In this document: positions 35,701 to 49,199 of the stretch, in pieces | How the letters are laid out: the number at the start of each line of letters is the position of its first letter | How positions within the stretch are numbered: position 1 is the first letter of the stretch | Source: Chrysemys picta bellii | Lineage: Eukaryota | Reading direction: 5' to 3' | Length of the DNA stretch: 64,000 bases | NCBI RefSeq assembly: GCF_011386835.1 | Contig: NC_088794.1 | Span: 1,922,001-1,986,000, forward strand | Translations under genes and position numbers: made by a program | Notes under the pieces: generated by a model | Databases searched by the model: none | The model's input: only the letters and a program-made list of their open reading frames with translations | Told to the model about the DNA's origin: nothing

Positions 35701-38700
35701 CAGCCACGTGCGCCAGGTGCATTCGACAGAGAGACCCTTCAAATGTGAGGTACCTACCCACCCGCCTCCCCCTGCGCCTCACCAGGGGATGGGCTCCTCA
35801 AGGAGAGACTGGGATGGGGAACGGGATCCAGGCGTCCGGGACGGCTCCTCTAGGGGGGCCTCACAGCACTTCTGGAGGGACTGGAGTGGGGAACCGGGCA
35901 TCTGGGAGGGCTTCCCTGGGGAGTCCCACAGCGCTCCCAGAGACTGCAAAAGGGTATGGGACCCAGGCATCTGGGACAGCTCCCCCAGGGGATCCACTGG
36001 TGCTCCCAGAGACGGGACTGGGACCCAGATGTCTGGGACAGCTCCCCTAGAGGGGCCCCAGAGCACTCCTAGGGAGGGGAGATGTCTGGGGTGCCGGCCC
36101 CCCTAACGCCCCGCTCCCCCCAGACATGCGAGGCGGCCTTCGCCACGAAGGACCGGCTGCGGGCACACACGGTGCGCCACGAGGAGAAGGTGCCGTGTCA
36201 CGTGTGCGGGAAGATGCTCAGCGCCGCCTACATCACGGACCACATGAAAGTTCACAGCCAGGGGCCCAACCACATCTGTGAGCTGTGCAACAAAGGTAGG
36301 GAGGCCGGGGGTGTGAGAGAGAGAGAGAGCCGTGTACCCCTTTACCCGCCAAGTGAGAGAGCCGTGTGACCCCGGTGCTACCCGCCGAGTGAGAGAGCCG
36401 TATGACCCCGGTGCCACCCGCCGAGTGAGAGAGCCGTGTGCCCCCAGTGCCAGCCGCCGAGTGAGAGAGCCGTGTGCCTCCGGTGCCTGCCGAGTGAGAG
36501 AGCCGTGTGACCCCGGTGCCACCCGCCGAGTGAGAGAGCCGTGTGCCCCCGGTGCCACCCGCCGAGTGAGAGAGCCGTGTGCCCCCGGTGCCACCCGCCG
36601 AGTGAGAGAGCCGTGTGACCCCTGTACCCACCGAGTGAGAGAGCCGTATGCCCCCTGTACCCACCGAGTGAGAGAGCCGTGTGCCCCCTGTACCCACCAA
36701 GTGAGGTGTGGGCAGTGCCAGGCCAGGGGCGGGACTCGTCTCCCCAGGATGCCGGGCGTGGGGAGTGCTAAGCTGGGTGTGGGTCACTCTCTCCGGGATG
36801 CCGGGCATGGGGAGTGCCAGGCTGGGTGTGGGTCACTCTCCCAGGATGCCGGGCATGGGGAGTGCCAGGCCAGGGGTGGGACTCGTCTCCCCGGGATGCC
36901 GGGCATGGGGAGTGCTAGGCTGGGTGTGGGTCAATCTCTCCGGGATGCCGGGCATGGGGAGTGCCAGGCTGGGTGTGGGTCACTCTCTCCGGGATGCCGG
37001 GCATGGGGAGTGCCAGGCTGGGTGTGGGTCACTCTCCCCGGGATGCCGGGCATGGGGAGTGCCAGGCCAGGGGTGGGACTCGTCTCCCCGGGATGCCGGG
37101 CATGGGGAGTGCCAGGCCAGGGGTGGGACTCGTCTCCCCGGGATGCCGGGCATGGGGAGTGCTAGGCTGGGTGTGGGTCACTCTCTCCGGGATGCTGGGC
37201 ATGGGGAGTGCCAGGCTGGGTGTGGGTCACTCTCTCCGGGATGCCGGGCATGGGGAGTGCTAGGCTGGGTGTGGGTCACTCTCCCCGGGATGCCGGGCAT
37301 GGGGAGTGCCAGGCCAGGGGTGGGACTCGTCTCCCCGGGATGCCGGGCATGGGGAGTGCTAGCCTGGGTGTGGGTCACTCTCCCCGGGATGCCGGGCATG
37401 GGGAGTGCCAGGCAGGGTGTGGGTCACTCTCCCCACGATACTGGGTGTGGGGAGTGCTAGGCTGGGTGTGGGTTACTCTCCCCGGGATGCCGGGTGTGGG
37501 GAGTGCCAGGCCAGGCGTGGGCCCCATCTCCCCGTGGCACCAGGTGTGGGAAGTGCCAGGCTCAGGGCAGAGCCTGGAGCGCCGGGTGTGGGGAGTCCCA
37601 GGCCAGGGGCGCTGGGCCCATCTTCCTGGGTGCCGGGCCAGGCACGGGCTCTGTGTCCCCGGGGCGTCGGGGTGCCGGGCCAGGCACGGGCTGTGTGTCC
37701 CCGGGCGTCGGGGTGCCGGGCCAGGCACGGGCTGTGTGTCCCCGGGCGTCGGGATGCCGGGCCAGGCACGGGCTGTGTGTCCCCGGGGCGTCGGGATGCC
37801 GGGCCAGGCACGGGCTCTGTGTCCCCGGGGCGTCGGGATGCCGGGCCAGGCACGGGCTGTGTGTCCCCGGGCGTCGGGATGCCGGGCCAGGCACGGGCTG
37901 TGTGTCCCCGGGCGTCGGGGTGCCGGGCCAGGCACGGGCTCTGTGTCCCCGGGCGTCGGGATGCCGGGCCAGGCACGGGCTCTGTGTCCCCGGGGCGTCG
38001 GGATGCCGGGCCAGGCACGGGCTCTGTGTCCCCGGGCGTCGGGCGTCGGGGTGCCGGGCCAGGCACGGGCTCTGTGTCCCCGGGGCGTCGGGATGCCGGG
38101 CCAGGCACGGGCTGTGTGTCCCCGGGCGTCGGGGTGCCGGGCCAGGCACGGGCTCTGTGTCCCCGGGGCGTCGGGGTGCCGGGCCAGGCACGGGCTCTGT
38201 GTCCCCGGGCGTCGGGCGTCGGGGTGCCGGGCCAGGCACGGGCTGTGTGTCCCCGGGGCGTCGGGGTGCCGGGCCAGGCACGGGCTGTGTGTCCCCGGGG
38301 CGTCGGGGTGCCGGGCCAGGCACGGGCTCTGTGTCCCCGGGGCGTCGGGGTGCCGGGCCAGGCACGGGCTCTGTGTCCCCGGGGCGTCGGGGTGCCGGGC
38401 CAGGCACGGGCTCTGTGTCCCCGGGGCGTCGGGGTGCCGGGCCAGGCACGGGCTCTGTGTCCCCGGGGCGTCGGGGTGCCGGGCCAGGCACGGGCTCTGT
38501 GTCCCCGGGGCGTCGGGGTGCCGGGCCAGGCACGGGCTCTGTGTCCCCGGGCGTCGGGGTGCCGGGTCAGGCACGGGCTCTGTGTCCCCGGGGCGTCGGG
38601 GTGCCGGGCCAGGCACGGGCTCTGTGTCCCTGGGGCGCCGGCATGCCGGGCCAGGGTCGCGGGGCGGCACAAGCCACCTCCGGGTGACGGGACTCCCCCA

Positions 38701-40992
38701 CTAAGGAAGTTCCCTGCAAACAAGGCAGGCTGTTGCGGTGGGTGTGCCCCCTTGTGGCCGGGCCTGTTCCCGCACGGCCTCATCCTGCCGGTGAGCAGCC
38801 GGTTCCCCACCTTCCACCCCCGGCTCTGCCAGGACTGACCCGGGGCCAGCAAGAGCAGCTGAGCCTGCGGTGCTCTCTAGACGGGCGCCCAGAGCCTGGG
38901 CAGGGCGGTGGCAGGTGCTACGATGCAGCCGCCTCCGGGGCGGGGCGCCGGGGCTTTCCGTAGGGCGGTCCCCTCGCCCGGTGCTGAGACGCAGCCGCTT
39001 CCGGGGCGGGGCGCCGGGGCTTTCCGTAGGGGGACCCCTCGCCCGGTGCTGAGACGCAGCCGCCTCCGGGGCGGGGCGCCGGGGCTTTCCGTAGGGGGAC
39101 CCCTCGCCCGGTGCTGAGACGCAGCCGCCTCCGGGGCGGGGCGCCGGGGCTTTCCGTAGGGGGTCCCCTCGCCCGGTGCTGAGACCCAGCCGCCTCCGGG
39201 GCGGGGCGCCGGGGCTTTCCATAGGGGGACCCCTCGTCCGGTGCTGAGACGCAGCCGCCTCCGGGGCAGAGCGCCGGGGCTTCCCGTAGGGGGACCCCTC
39301 GCCCGGTGCTGAGACGCAGCTGCCTCCGGGGCGGGGCGCCGGGGCTTTCCGTAGGGGGTCCCCTCGCCCGGTGCTGAGACCAGCCGCCTCTGGGGCAGAG
39401 CGCCGGGGCTTTCCGTAGGGGGACCCCTCGTCCGGTGCTGAGACGCAGCCGCCTCTGGGGCAGAGCGCCGCAGTGGCAGAGTAGAACAGGCTGACCTGGT
39501 GGTTTGTCCTTCTCGCCCCCCCGTAGGGTTCACCACAGCGGCTTACCTCCGGGTGCACGCAGTCAAGGACCACGGACTGTCGGCCCCGCGGGTGGAGCGC
39601 TTCCTGTGCAAGCTGTGCGGCGTGCACTGTAAGACCCCGGCCCAGCTCAACGGGCACCTGCAGACGCACGCCGGGGCCGGGGCCGGAGCCGGAGAGGGGG
39701 CCGGGGCCGCGCCCGCTGAGGCCCAACCGCTGCGGTGAATCGCCGGGGACAGGCAAGCTGCTCACCTACTGGGGGAGGGGGAACCCCGGCGTCCAGGGGC
39801 GGCTGCGCCCCAAGGTCTAGAGCAGGGATCGGCAACCTTTGGCACGTGGCTCGCCAGGGAAAGCTCCCGGTTTGTTTACTTGCCGCATCGGCAGGTTCGG
39901 CCGATGGCGGCTCCCACTGGCTGCGGTTCATCGCTCCAGGCCAATGGGGACAGCGGGAAGTGGCGGCCAGCACATGCCTCGGCCCACGCCGCTTCCCACA
40001 GCCCCCATTGGCCTGGAGCGGCGAACTGTGCTTGGCAGGTAAACAAACCAGCCCGGCCAGCCAGGAGGCTTACCCTGGCGAGCCACGTGCCAAAGGTTGC
40101 CGATCCCTGGTCTGTAGGGAACCCCGGCGTCTGGGGGCAGCTGCCTCGGCCCTGGGCTCCGAGGTCTGTAGGGAACCCCGGCGTCCAGGGGCAGCTGCTT
40201 CTGGGCCCCAAGGTCCATAGGGAACCCTGGCTTCCGGAGGCAGCTGCATCTGGGCCCTGAGGTCTGTAGGGAACCCCGGCATCCGGGGGCGGCTGCCTCG
40301 CCCTGCGCTCTGAGGTCTGTAGGGAACCCCGGCGTCCAGGGGCAGCTGCCTCTGGGCCCTGCACCCCAAGGTCTGTAGAGAACCCAGGAGTCCTGGGGGC
40401 AGCTGCATCTGGGCCCTGCGCCCCGTGGTCTGTAGGGAACCCCGGCGTCCGGGGACGGCTGCATCTGGGCCATGCGCCCCAAGGTCTGTAGGAAACCCCG
40501 GCATCCAGGGATGGCTGCGTCTGGGCCCTGCACCCCGAGGTCTGTAGGGAACCCCGGCGTCCGGGGACGGCTGCATCTGGGTCCTGCGCCCCAAGGTCTG
40601 AAGGGAAACCTGGCGTCCAGGGACGGCTGCATCTGGGCCATGCGCCCCAAGGTCTGTAGGGAACCCCGGCGTCCGGGGATGGCTGCGTCTGGGCCCTGCG
40701 CCCCGAGATCAAAGGAGCTGGTGTCAGGACAGGCTTGACGCTCGGTCCGCGTGTGTAAACGCTTTGTGGGCAGGAGAGCACGTCCTGTCTGTCAGGGGGG
40801 TGTGGGTCAGTAGGGTTCAGAGTTAACAGGGTATGGGAGGCAAACCCCCCCTGATCTCTGTCTCCCCCCACAGGTACGGGCGAGCTGTGCCCCCTGGCAG
40901 CAGCAGCGGCCCCGCCCACGTCGGCCGTCACCGTCCTGCCCATGGAGGGGGCCCCGGTGGTGAGCCAGCCGCTCCCCACGCAGCCCTGGTGA
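32790..40992 (+). CDS. MAZ: MYC-associated zinc finger protein, 5'-partial; exons 32790-32879, 34809-35581, 35686-35749, 36124-36295, then either 39527-39738 (stop) or 40874-40992 (stop)
   Basis: QNPLQVGAEIQSRFFASQGCTQSPFQ; VDLLPVLAAAQE; C2H2 fingers YICSLCAKEFKNGYNLRRHEAIHTG, HACEMCGKAFRDVYHLNRHKLSHSDEKP and others; C-termini GFTTAAYLRVHAVKDHG..CKLCGVHCKTPAQL and GTGELCP..SQPLPTQPW. Splice phases are consistent. Confidence 0.97.
36310..39460. repeat. Four successive different GC-rich minisatellites in a MAZ intron (~36310-36700, 36710-37560, 37630-38660, 38925-39460)
   Basis: Visible tandem units, e.g. GTGCCGGGCCAGGCACGGGCTCTGTGTCCCCGGGGCGTCGGG. Confidence 0.95.
39823..40109. mobile_element. 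Non-autonomous hAT transposon (MITE)
   Basis: Long TIRs CAGGGATCGGCAACCTTTGGCACG...CGTGCCAAAGGTTGCCGATCCCTG. Flanks GTCTAGAG / GTCTGTAG form an imperfect 8-bp TSD. Confidence 0.88.
40110..40705. repeat. ~60-bp minisatellite (GGTCTGTAGGGAACCCCGGCGTCCGGGGACGGCTGCATCTGGGCC)
   Basis: About 10 tandem copies. Confidence 0.92.
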
Positions 40993-43429
40993 TTCCTGGG
41001 GGGCAGGAGCCAACCCCCCCCCATGTCGTCCCCCCACAACCCAGCAGCTGGAGCCCCCCACCGCGCCACCGGAACCGGACCCCGCGGCTGGAGAGGATGG
41101 AATGTTGGGCCCTTTCCTTGTGCTTGGCAAAGGGAGGACATGACACCGGACAGACGGGGGTCCCCCACCTTCCCCTGCCCCCCAGAGAGATGGGGACCGC
41201 CCACCTCCCCAGCCCGCCCGCCCCCTACCGTCCTCTTCCCCCTGGACAGAGGGCCCCCCCCCCCAAAATAAAAGTTATTCCATCCTTGGCAGGGGAATGG
41301 GGGGGGCGTAACCCCCTGGCCCCACAGCTCCCCCCTACCCCCCCCCATCAGCCAGATTCACAAAGGTGTGGGGGAGCCCAGGGCTGGGCTAGCAGGGGGC
41401 TGTGCGTGGGATGGGGGGTGTCACTGACATTGCTGGGGGCTAGTACCAGCCCCAGGCCAATCCCCCCTCCCACAGGGGAGACCCCGATTCCCTCCTGTCC
41501 TCGGGTCCCCCCAGTTTCCCCCTCAACCTTGGCACCCTTCTGTCCAGGGGTCCCCTGACCCCCCAGACTCCCCTGTTTTCTATGGGATTTTATGATTTGT
41601 TTTGTTTTCTCGTGTTCGTGTTCTCGGTCCAGCCGCGTCTCGCGTTGATTCCGCCCCCGCCCCCTGCATGGCCCCGACTTCGGGGGACCCCCCCCCGCGC
41701 TCTTTTGTATTGTATAAAACCAATAAACCACACACCGCCTGGAGTCTTTCTTCTCCCACGCCGGCACCGGGGACCCCCCCGGTACCCCACTTCCCACCCT
41801 GGGGGCCCCACTCCCCCCGGTATCCCACTTCCCTCCCTGCACCCTGGGGGGCCCCCTCCCCCCAGTACCCCACTTCCCGCCCTCCATCCCCAGTACCCCA
41901 CTTCCCTCCCTGCACCCTGGGGGCCCCACTCCCCCGGTACCCCACTTCCCGCCCTCCATCCCCAGTACCTCACTTCCCTCCCTGCATCCCTGGGGGCCCC
42001 ACTCCCCCTGGTATCCCACTTCCCTCCCTGCATCCCTGGGGGCCCCACTCCCCTTGGTATCCCATTTCCCTCCCTGCATGCCTGGGGGTCCCACTCACCC
42101 CCCCGGTACCCCACCCTCCATCCCCGGTACCCCACTTCCCTCCCTGGGGGCCCCACTCTCCCCCTTACACCCCATGTCTCGACGGTGAAAGATTTTAGTA
42201 AAAATGGTGACAAACCAGCAGCCCCATGTCGTTTGTTTATTGTAGGGTCTCTCAGAGCCAAGAGCGGGGGCCTGAGTGGAAAGAGGGGGAGATGGGGGGC
42301 GTCTGTGCTCCCCCCTCACAGCTCCTACCAGCCAGGATCCCCTGCCAGGCACCCCCCAGCCCTGCCCTCCTAATGGCTGGAGTCCCCCCCAGTTCCCTGC
42401 TCCACTGCTGCCCCCCCCCCCACGCCAGGTGCGAGTCGCTCCCTCCCCTGGGACCCCCTGGCGCCGCTCGCCCCATTAGCTGCTAATGAGCCCGGGCCTG
42501 AGTCACGGGGGGGGGGGGGGGGGGGAGCTGCCCCCCCCGGGCCTCCTGCGGGGGAGGGGATCCCAGCACAGCTGGGGGGGCAGGTGGGTCCTGGGGCTCC
42601 AGCTCCCCTGAGTCTCCCCCTCCCCCAACATTTGTAACCCGCCGACTGCTGTGCGCAGCCTCCTGCGATTAACCCCCCCACGCGGGGTGAGCCCTGCGGT
42701 GCCCCTCACTCCCGACCCGCAGCCCCTGCCAGCCCTGCCCCCCCCCCCAGCTCTGCCGGTGCCCCTCACTCCTGACCCGCAGCCCCTGCCAGCCCTGCCC
42801 CCCCCCCCAGCTCTGCCGGTGCCCCTCACTCCCGACCCGCAGCCCCTGCCAGCCCAGCCCTGTCCCCCCCCAGCTCTGCCGGTGCCCCTCACTCCCGACC
42901 CGCAGCCCCTGCCAGCCCAGCCCTGCCTCCCCCAGCTCTGCCGGTGCCCCTCACTCCCGACCCGCAGCCCCTGCCAGCCCAGCCCAGCCCTGCCCCCCCC
43001 CAGCTCTGCCGGTGCCCCTCACTCCCAATCCGCAGCCCCTGCTAGCCCAGCCCTGTCCCCCCAGCTCTGCCAGTGCCCCTCACTCCCGACCCGCAGCCCC
43101 TGCCAGCCCTGCCCCCCCCCCAGCTCTGCCGGTGCCCCTCACTCCCGACCCGCAGCCCCTGCCAGCCCAGCCCAGCCCTGCCCCCCCCCAGCTCTGCCGG
43201 TGCCCCTCACTCCCAATCCGCAGCCCCTGCTAGCCCGGCCCTGCCCCCCCAGCTCTGCCGGTGCCCCTCGCTCCCGACCTGCAGCCCCTGCCAGCCCAGC
43301 CCTGCCTCCCCCCAGCTCTGCCGGTGCCCCTCACTCCCGACCCCCAGCCCCTGCCAGCCCAGCCCTGCCCCCCCCAGGGGCTGCCCCATAGGCGGGGGGG
43401 GGGGGCGCAGTCCCGGGGCGGCTGTAGCT

Positions 43430-43622
43430 GCATGTGACGGGGGGGTTGGGGGGTCAATCTCAGCCCCAGACAAGCGGGGGGGGGGGCGAGGGGGCTGTTG
43501 CCTCCCTCCCTCCGCTAGCGCGTTTCCCTCGCTCTCTCCATCCCGCCTCCCGCGGGGGGGGGGGGAGCTTGTCTGCAGCCGCCGCGCCCGGGTCCCCCCC
43601 AGCATCTCGTGCAGCGCGACAG
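43430..43622 (+). promoter_or_regulatory. Probable non-coding first exon of PRRT2
   Basis: CpG-rich, ends in donor GACAG|GTAGGG at 43622. The downstream acceptor at 44445 precedes the ATG. Confidence 0.6.
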
Positions 43623-44454
43623 GTAGGGACCGACCCCCCGCCCCCCCCGGGCAGGAGCCGCCGACAAGGAGGGGCGGGGGTCCCTGGCCGGCTTCTCTCC
43701 CCCTCCCCCACCCTGGGGTAAAGGGAAAACAACCCGAGCCAGCCCCCGGGAGGGGTGGGCGGATGCGGGGGCTGCGGGGTGGGGAAATGGGGGGTGGGGA
43801 ACGAGGGGGGAGTGGGGTAGAGGATGGGAGGGTTTGGGGGGCAGTAGGGGGTGGGGGATGGGAGGGTTTGGGGGGGCAGTAGGGGGTGGGGGATGGGAGT
43901 TTGTTTGGGGGGTGGGGCACGGGGGGACGGGAGGGTTTGGGGGGCAGTAGGGGGTGGGGCATGGGAGGGTTTTTGGGGGGTGGGGCACCGGGGGACGGGA
44001 GGGTTTGGGGGGCAGTAGGGGGTGGGGCATGGGAGGGTTTTTGGGGGGTGGGGCACCGGGGGACGGGAGGGTTTGGGGGGCAGTAGGGGGTGGGGCCTGG
44101 GAGGGTTTTTGGGGGGTGGGGCACCGGGGGACGGGAGGGTTTGGGGGGCAGTAGGGGGTGGGGCATGGGAGGGTTTTTTGGGGGTGGGGCACCGGGGGAC
44201 GGGAGGGTTTGGGGGGCAGTAGGGGGTGGGGGATGGGAGGGGTTTTTTGGGGTGGAGCAGTGGGGGATGGGAGTGGGGGCAGTGAGTGATGGGAGGGTTT
44301 GGGGGGCAGTAGGGGGTGGGGGATGAGAGGGGGTTTTGGGGGTAGAGCAGTGGGGGATGGGAGGCTGTGGGAGGAGGTTGGGGGTATCGTGGTGAGTTGT
44401 GGGTCTGTGTCCCTGTGTCTCTACCCCCCCAATCTCTCCCCACAGGGCCCCCCA

Positions 44455-47400
44455 ATGTCGGACGACACGGAAAAGAAGGACGAGACGCCCCCACTGGGGC
44501 CAACAGAGCTGCAGCTACTGCCCCCCCAGAGTCCCCCCTCGGCCCCAGACGTTCCCCCCTCAGCCCCACTGTCCCCCCAGAGTCCTCCCTCGGCCCCAGA
44601 CATACACCCCTCGGCCCCACTGCCCCCCCAGAGGTCCCCCTCGGCCCCAGACACACACCCCTCGGCCCCACTGCCCTCCCAGAGGTCCCCCTTGGCCCTA
44701 GACACACCCCCATCAGCCCCAGATGTTCCCCCCTCAGCCCCAGATGCCCCCCCCTCACCAGCAGTGACTGTGATGGTGGAGGATGAGGGGGAGCCAGAGG
44801 AAGGGCCCCAACAAAATGGACAGGCCGTTGGTGTGGGGGGTGCCCCCTACTCCCCCCACACCTCCCCCCCTGCCCCAGGCCCCACCGGTGCCGTCAGCAC
44901 CCACCCTCCCACCCCGGCACCCGCACGCTCTAAATCGGCCTCCCTGGGCGACTTGGGAGGCAAGGCCAGTGTGAACGGGGGGCCCCGGGTGCGGGGCAGC
45001 CTGGTGGGGTCCCAGGTGCATCTGGCGGGGGCAGGGTCGCCCCGTCCCAGCCTGAGCCGCCAGCCCTCGGGGGCCGAGGTGGGCCTGGAGGTGGAGAAAC
45101 CGCGGGATTACATCCTGCTGGCCACCCTGTCCTGTTTCTGCCCCATCTGGCCCATCAACATCGTCGCCTTCGTGTACTCTGTCATGGTGAGAGCCCCCCC
45201 AGAGCCCTCCACTGCCCCCATGAGCCCCCCCCAGAGCCCGCCCCACCCCCTGTCCCCCTGAACCCCCACTGGCCCCATGCGCCCCCACCATCCCCCAGGG
45301 CCCCCAAGAGCCCACATCGCCCCCCCCAGAGCCTCCCCTGAGCCTGCACTGCTCCCATGAGCCCCCCCCAGAGCCCACATCACCCCCCGAGCCCCTCCTG
45401 AGCCCCCCACCACATTCCACTGCCCCCTGAACACCCACTGCTCCCCAGAGCCACCCCGAGCCCCTCACTGCCCCCATGAGCCCCCACCCCCCCAGGGCCC
45501 CCAAGAGCCCACATCGCCCCCCAGAGCCTCCCCTGAGCCCCTCCCCACTGCCCCCTGGGCCCCCCCAGAGCCAGCACCAGCCCCCAGGGCCCCCAAGAGC
45601 CCACATCACCCCCCAGAGCCTGCCCAGAGCCCCCCACTGCCCCCATGAGCCTGCACTGCCCCCCAGGACCAACCCCAGAGCCCTCATTACCCCCCAGAGC
45701 CCCCCCTGAGCCCACCCCCACCCCCCACTGCCCCCCTGAGCCCCCAGGGCCCCCAAGAGCCCCCCCAGAGCCTGCACTCCCCCCAGGGCCCGCCAGAGCC
45801 CCCACTGCCCCCAGAGCTCCCCACTGTGCCCCCAGAAACCCACCATGCTCACCTCGCCCCCCATGTCCCCTAGAAATCCAGCATGCCCCAAAACTCTCCA
45901 ACATGCCCCCAGCATCCCCCCACTGCACCTCAATATTCCATACTGTGTCCCCAACCCCGCATGTCCCCAAACAACCCTCCACTGCACCCTTATAGCCCCT
46001 GGGCCTATAATCCCTCTGCAGTCCCCAGCGCCCCAAATACTCCACACACCCCTCCTGCTGTACCCCAAACCACCAGCCCACCCCACCCCCCGTATCCCCC
46101 ACTGTTCCCCAATAGCTCTCGGGACAGATAGCCCCTGCCATGTGGGAGGGGGTCTCAGGGCGGTGATGTGGGGGGGGGGTTCCGGGGCCCCCCCGATCTC
46201 ACCCCGTGTCTCTCCCCGCAGTCCCGGAACAGCCTGCAGCAGGGGGACGTGGATGGGGCGCGGCGGCTGGGCCGTGTGGCCAAACTACTAAGCGTGGTGG
46301 CCCTGCTCGGGGGCGTCGTCATCATCATCCTCTCGGTGGCCATCAACTTCGGCCGTGAGTGTGGGGGGCGGGGCCCCCGGACCCCCCCATATATCCCCAG
46401 GACCCCAAATAGCCTCTGGGATCCCAAAATGCCCCCAGGATCCCTATACACCTCCGGGCCCCTGATATATCCCCAGGACCCCCCAGAATCTGGACATGCT
46501 CCCAGGATGCTGAAACACCCCTGGGACCCCAAAATGCCCCCGGGACCCCAATATATCCCCAGGATCTCGATATGCCCCTGTGAACCCCATACACCCCTGG
46601 GACCCTGATACATCCCCCTGGGACTCCAGTTCACCCCACATGACCCCCCAGGACCCCGGTATGTCCCGCCCAACTCCCCAAGACACAATACAGCCCGCGT
46701 GACACCCCCCGGTACACCATTTTGCTGCATATATTCCCCCTGGGATCGCCAAATGCCCTGCACAGCCTCTTGGGACCCTGAAATACCCCCCGAGCCCCAA
46801 TATGCCCTGCACAATCCCCCTGGGACCCTGATATGCCGTGGGACCCCCAAAAATTCCCTGGCACCCTGATACGCCTCATACAATCTCTGGGACCCTGATT
46901 CACCCCTGGGACCCCAGTTTACCCTGCATGACCCCTGGGCTCCCAAATGCCCCTCAAGACCTCAATAAGCCCCACACAATCCCATGGGACCCCAAAACGT
47001 CCCCAGGACCCCCTGGACTCTGATATGCCCCTGGAATTCTGATACACCCCCAGGACCCCAAAATGCCTCTCATGACCCCCTGGGACCCCAGGATACACCC
47101 CACGTGATCCCACTGGGACCCCAAAATGCCCCCGGGTCCCTAAAATGCCGCTCATAACCCCCTGGGACCACAGTACACTCCCTGGGACCCCAGGATACAC
47201 CCCACGTGATCCCACTGGGACCCCAAAATGCCCCGGGACCCTAAAATGCCCCACATGACACCCCAGACTCTGATAGGCCTCACACGACCTCCTGGACTGA
47301 TCCATCCCACACGATGCCCTGGGACCCCCAAATACTCCTGTGACAGGATCCCCGGGGTGCAGCCTGGGACTGTGGGACCGCTGTGCCCCCCGATCTCTCT

Positions 47401-48968
47401 CCAGCCTGGGCCGTCTCCCACAATGCCTTGCTAGTGACCAGCAGCAAACCCTTCCAGGCACTGCGATCACTCAGCCGTCAGCATGTGGAGCCAACGAGTC
47501 ACCCAGGGCAAGGCACCAGCCAGATCCCCCCAGCGCTCAGCCTTGCCTTGGGCTGCCCCCAAGGCTTTCGTGAGCAATGTACGGTTATTAATTGGTTCCC
47601 CACGTCCTCAATGGGACGTGGACATGCAGCAGCCTTTGTAACCTGAGCACATTCACCAAACCCTTCGGGCCAACGCCCGGGGACGGCTCAGTGCTAGACT
47701 AGGGTTCTGGATGGCAGACGCTGGCTTTTAAGCGCTAGGCAGAAGTCAGCGTCGTTACCAAGGGACAATCAAAGACGTGCGCAGCCTAAATTCTCCACCC
47801 AGAGACTAGGCAACACCTGGACTAAGTCGTGTTTCTCCCCCACTGGATCCTGCAGGTTGGTTACAGACTTTCCCACGCAGGCTCCCCTGTTAGCCCGGGG
47901 ACCAGGCTCCTCAGGGCTTCAGTGTGGGGTTGGGGAGGAGAAAGGGGAAACCACGTGGCCTCTGTCCCCTATTTTACATGGCCAGTCCCTGTCCTTGGGG
48001 AGCACAAGTCCAGGCCTGTCCGGGGGCCTTGCTGAGTCCCCAGGCCAGGCTGAGCAATCCCGTGCTGTGGCCTTGTGAAACGAGTCGTTGCATCGTAGCT
48101 CCCTTGCTGGACAGTGGCTGGCGATGGTTGTTCGCCACCCACCCGGGTGGCGATTTGCTCCCTTGTTGGTGTCTCTGGGGAGCCGGTTTCTGGGCGATTC
48201 CCCAGCTCCCAACCACACAACGTCACATGCACCGACGGTAGAACCGCGGCTCTCGGCAGATCACGACCTTTCCCCAATCCCTCACCTGGCCTGTTTTATT
48301 CGCAATATCCCAATATCCAAACGATGAATAGGGGGGTTACCTGAGGTATGGCGTGCCACAGCCCCACCCTGGAACCCCAAAACACCCTTGGGACCCAGAT
48401 ACACTCCCTGGGACCACAAAATACCTCCTTTGATCCCTATATGCCACACACAATCCTCTTGGACACCAAAACGCCCTCAGGGCCCCCCTATACCTCAGAC
48501 AACCCCATGATGCCGCACACGACCTCCCAGGACCACATTCTGCCCACATGACCCCCTGGAACCACCCCAAACAAGACCCCAAAAGGCCCACTGGGATCCC
48601 CAAAATAACTCCCACAGATCCCAATACACCCTGCATCACCCCCAGGGTCCTGAAACACTGCCCCCCCCCAGATCTTGATACACAATTCCCCCCCAAAGAC
48701 CCCAAAAAGCCCCACACAACCCCCCCTGGACATTCATACTCCCTGAATGGCCCTCCCTCAATACACCCCACATGACCCCTCAAGGACTTAAACCCCACCC
48801 CCGGACCCTGATATGCCCCATATGACTTTCCTGGGACCCTGAGATGCCCTGCATTAACTGTCCTTCTCTTCCCCACCCCCACCTCTCCCCGACCCTGTGC
48901 TGCCCCCCTGCTCCCACTCCCTGCTCCCCCTTCTCCGACCCCCCCATCCCTCCCCAGTGTTCCAGTGA
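44455..48968 (+). CDS. PRRT2: Proline-rich transmembrane protein 2 (291 aa); exons 44455-45186, 46222-46354, 48958-48968
   Basis: CD225/dispanin domain [31 protein letters not shown]|[35 protein letters not shown]|LFQ*. Intron positions match human. AATAAA at 50169-50174 and 51360-51365. Confidence 0.94.
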
Positions 48969-49199
48969 AGACGACTCCGTGCTGTCCCCAGCCCCCCAAC
49001 TCAGGAGCCCCCACCTGGCACCGCTCTAATGGGGACCAAACATCCACCCCTCAGGGGGGCTGAGGGGGCGGAGAGGGGGATTACGGCCGCCGACAGGGGG
49101 GTGCGGCCTCCAATCCCCCTTCTGCCTCAGGAACGGGGCCAGAAAAGAAGAACAGAAGGAGAGAATGGAAGAAGAAACCCCCCTCCATCTGTCCACCTG

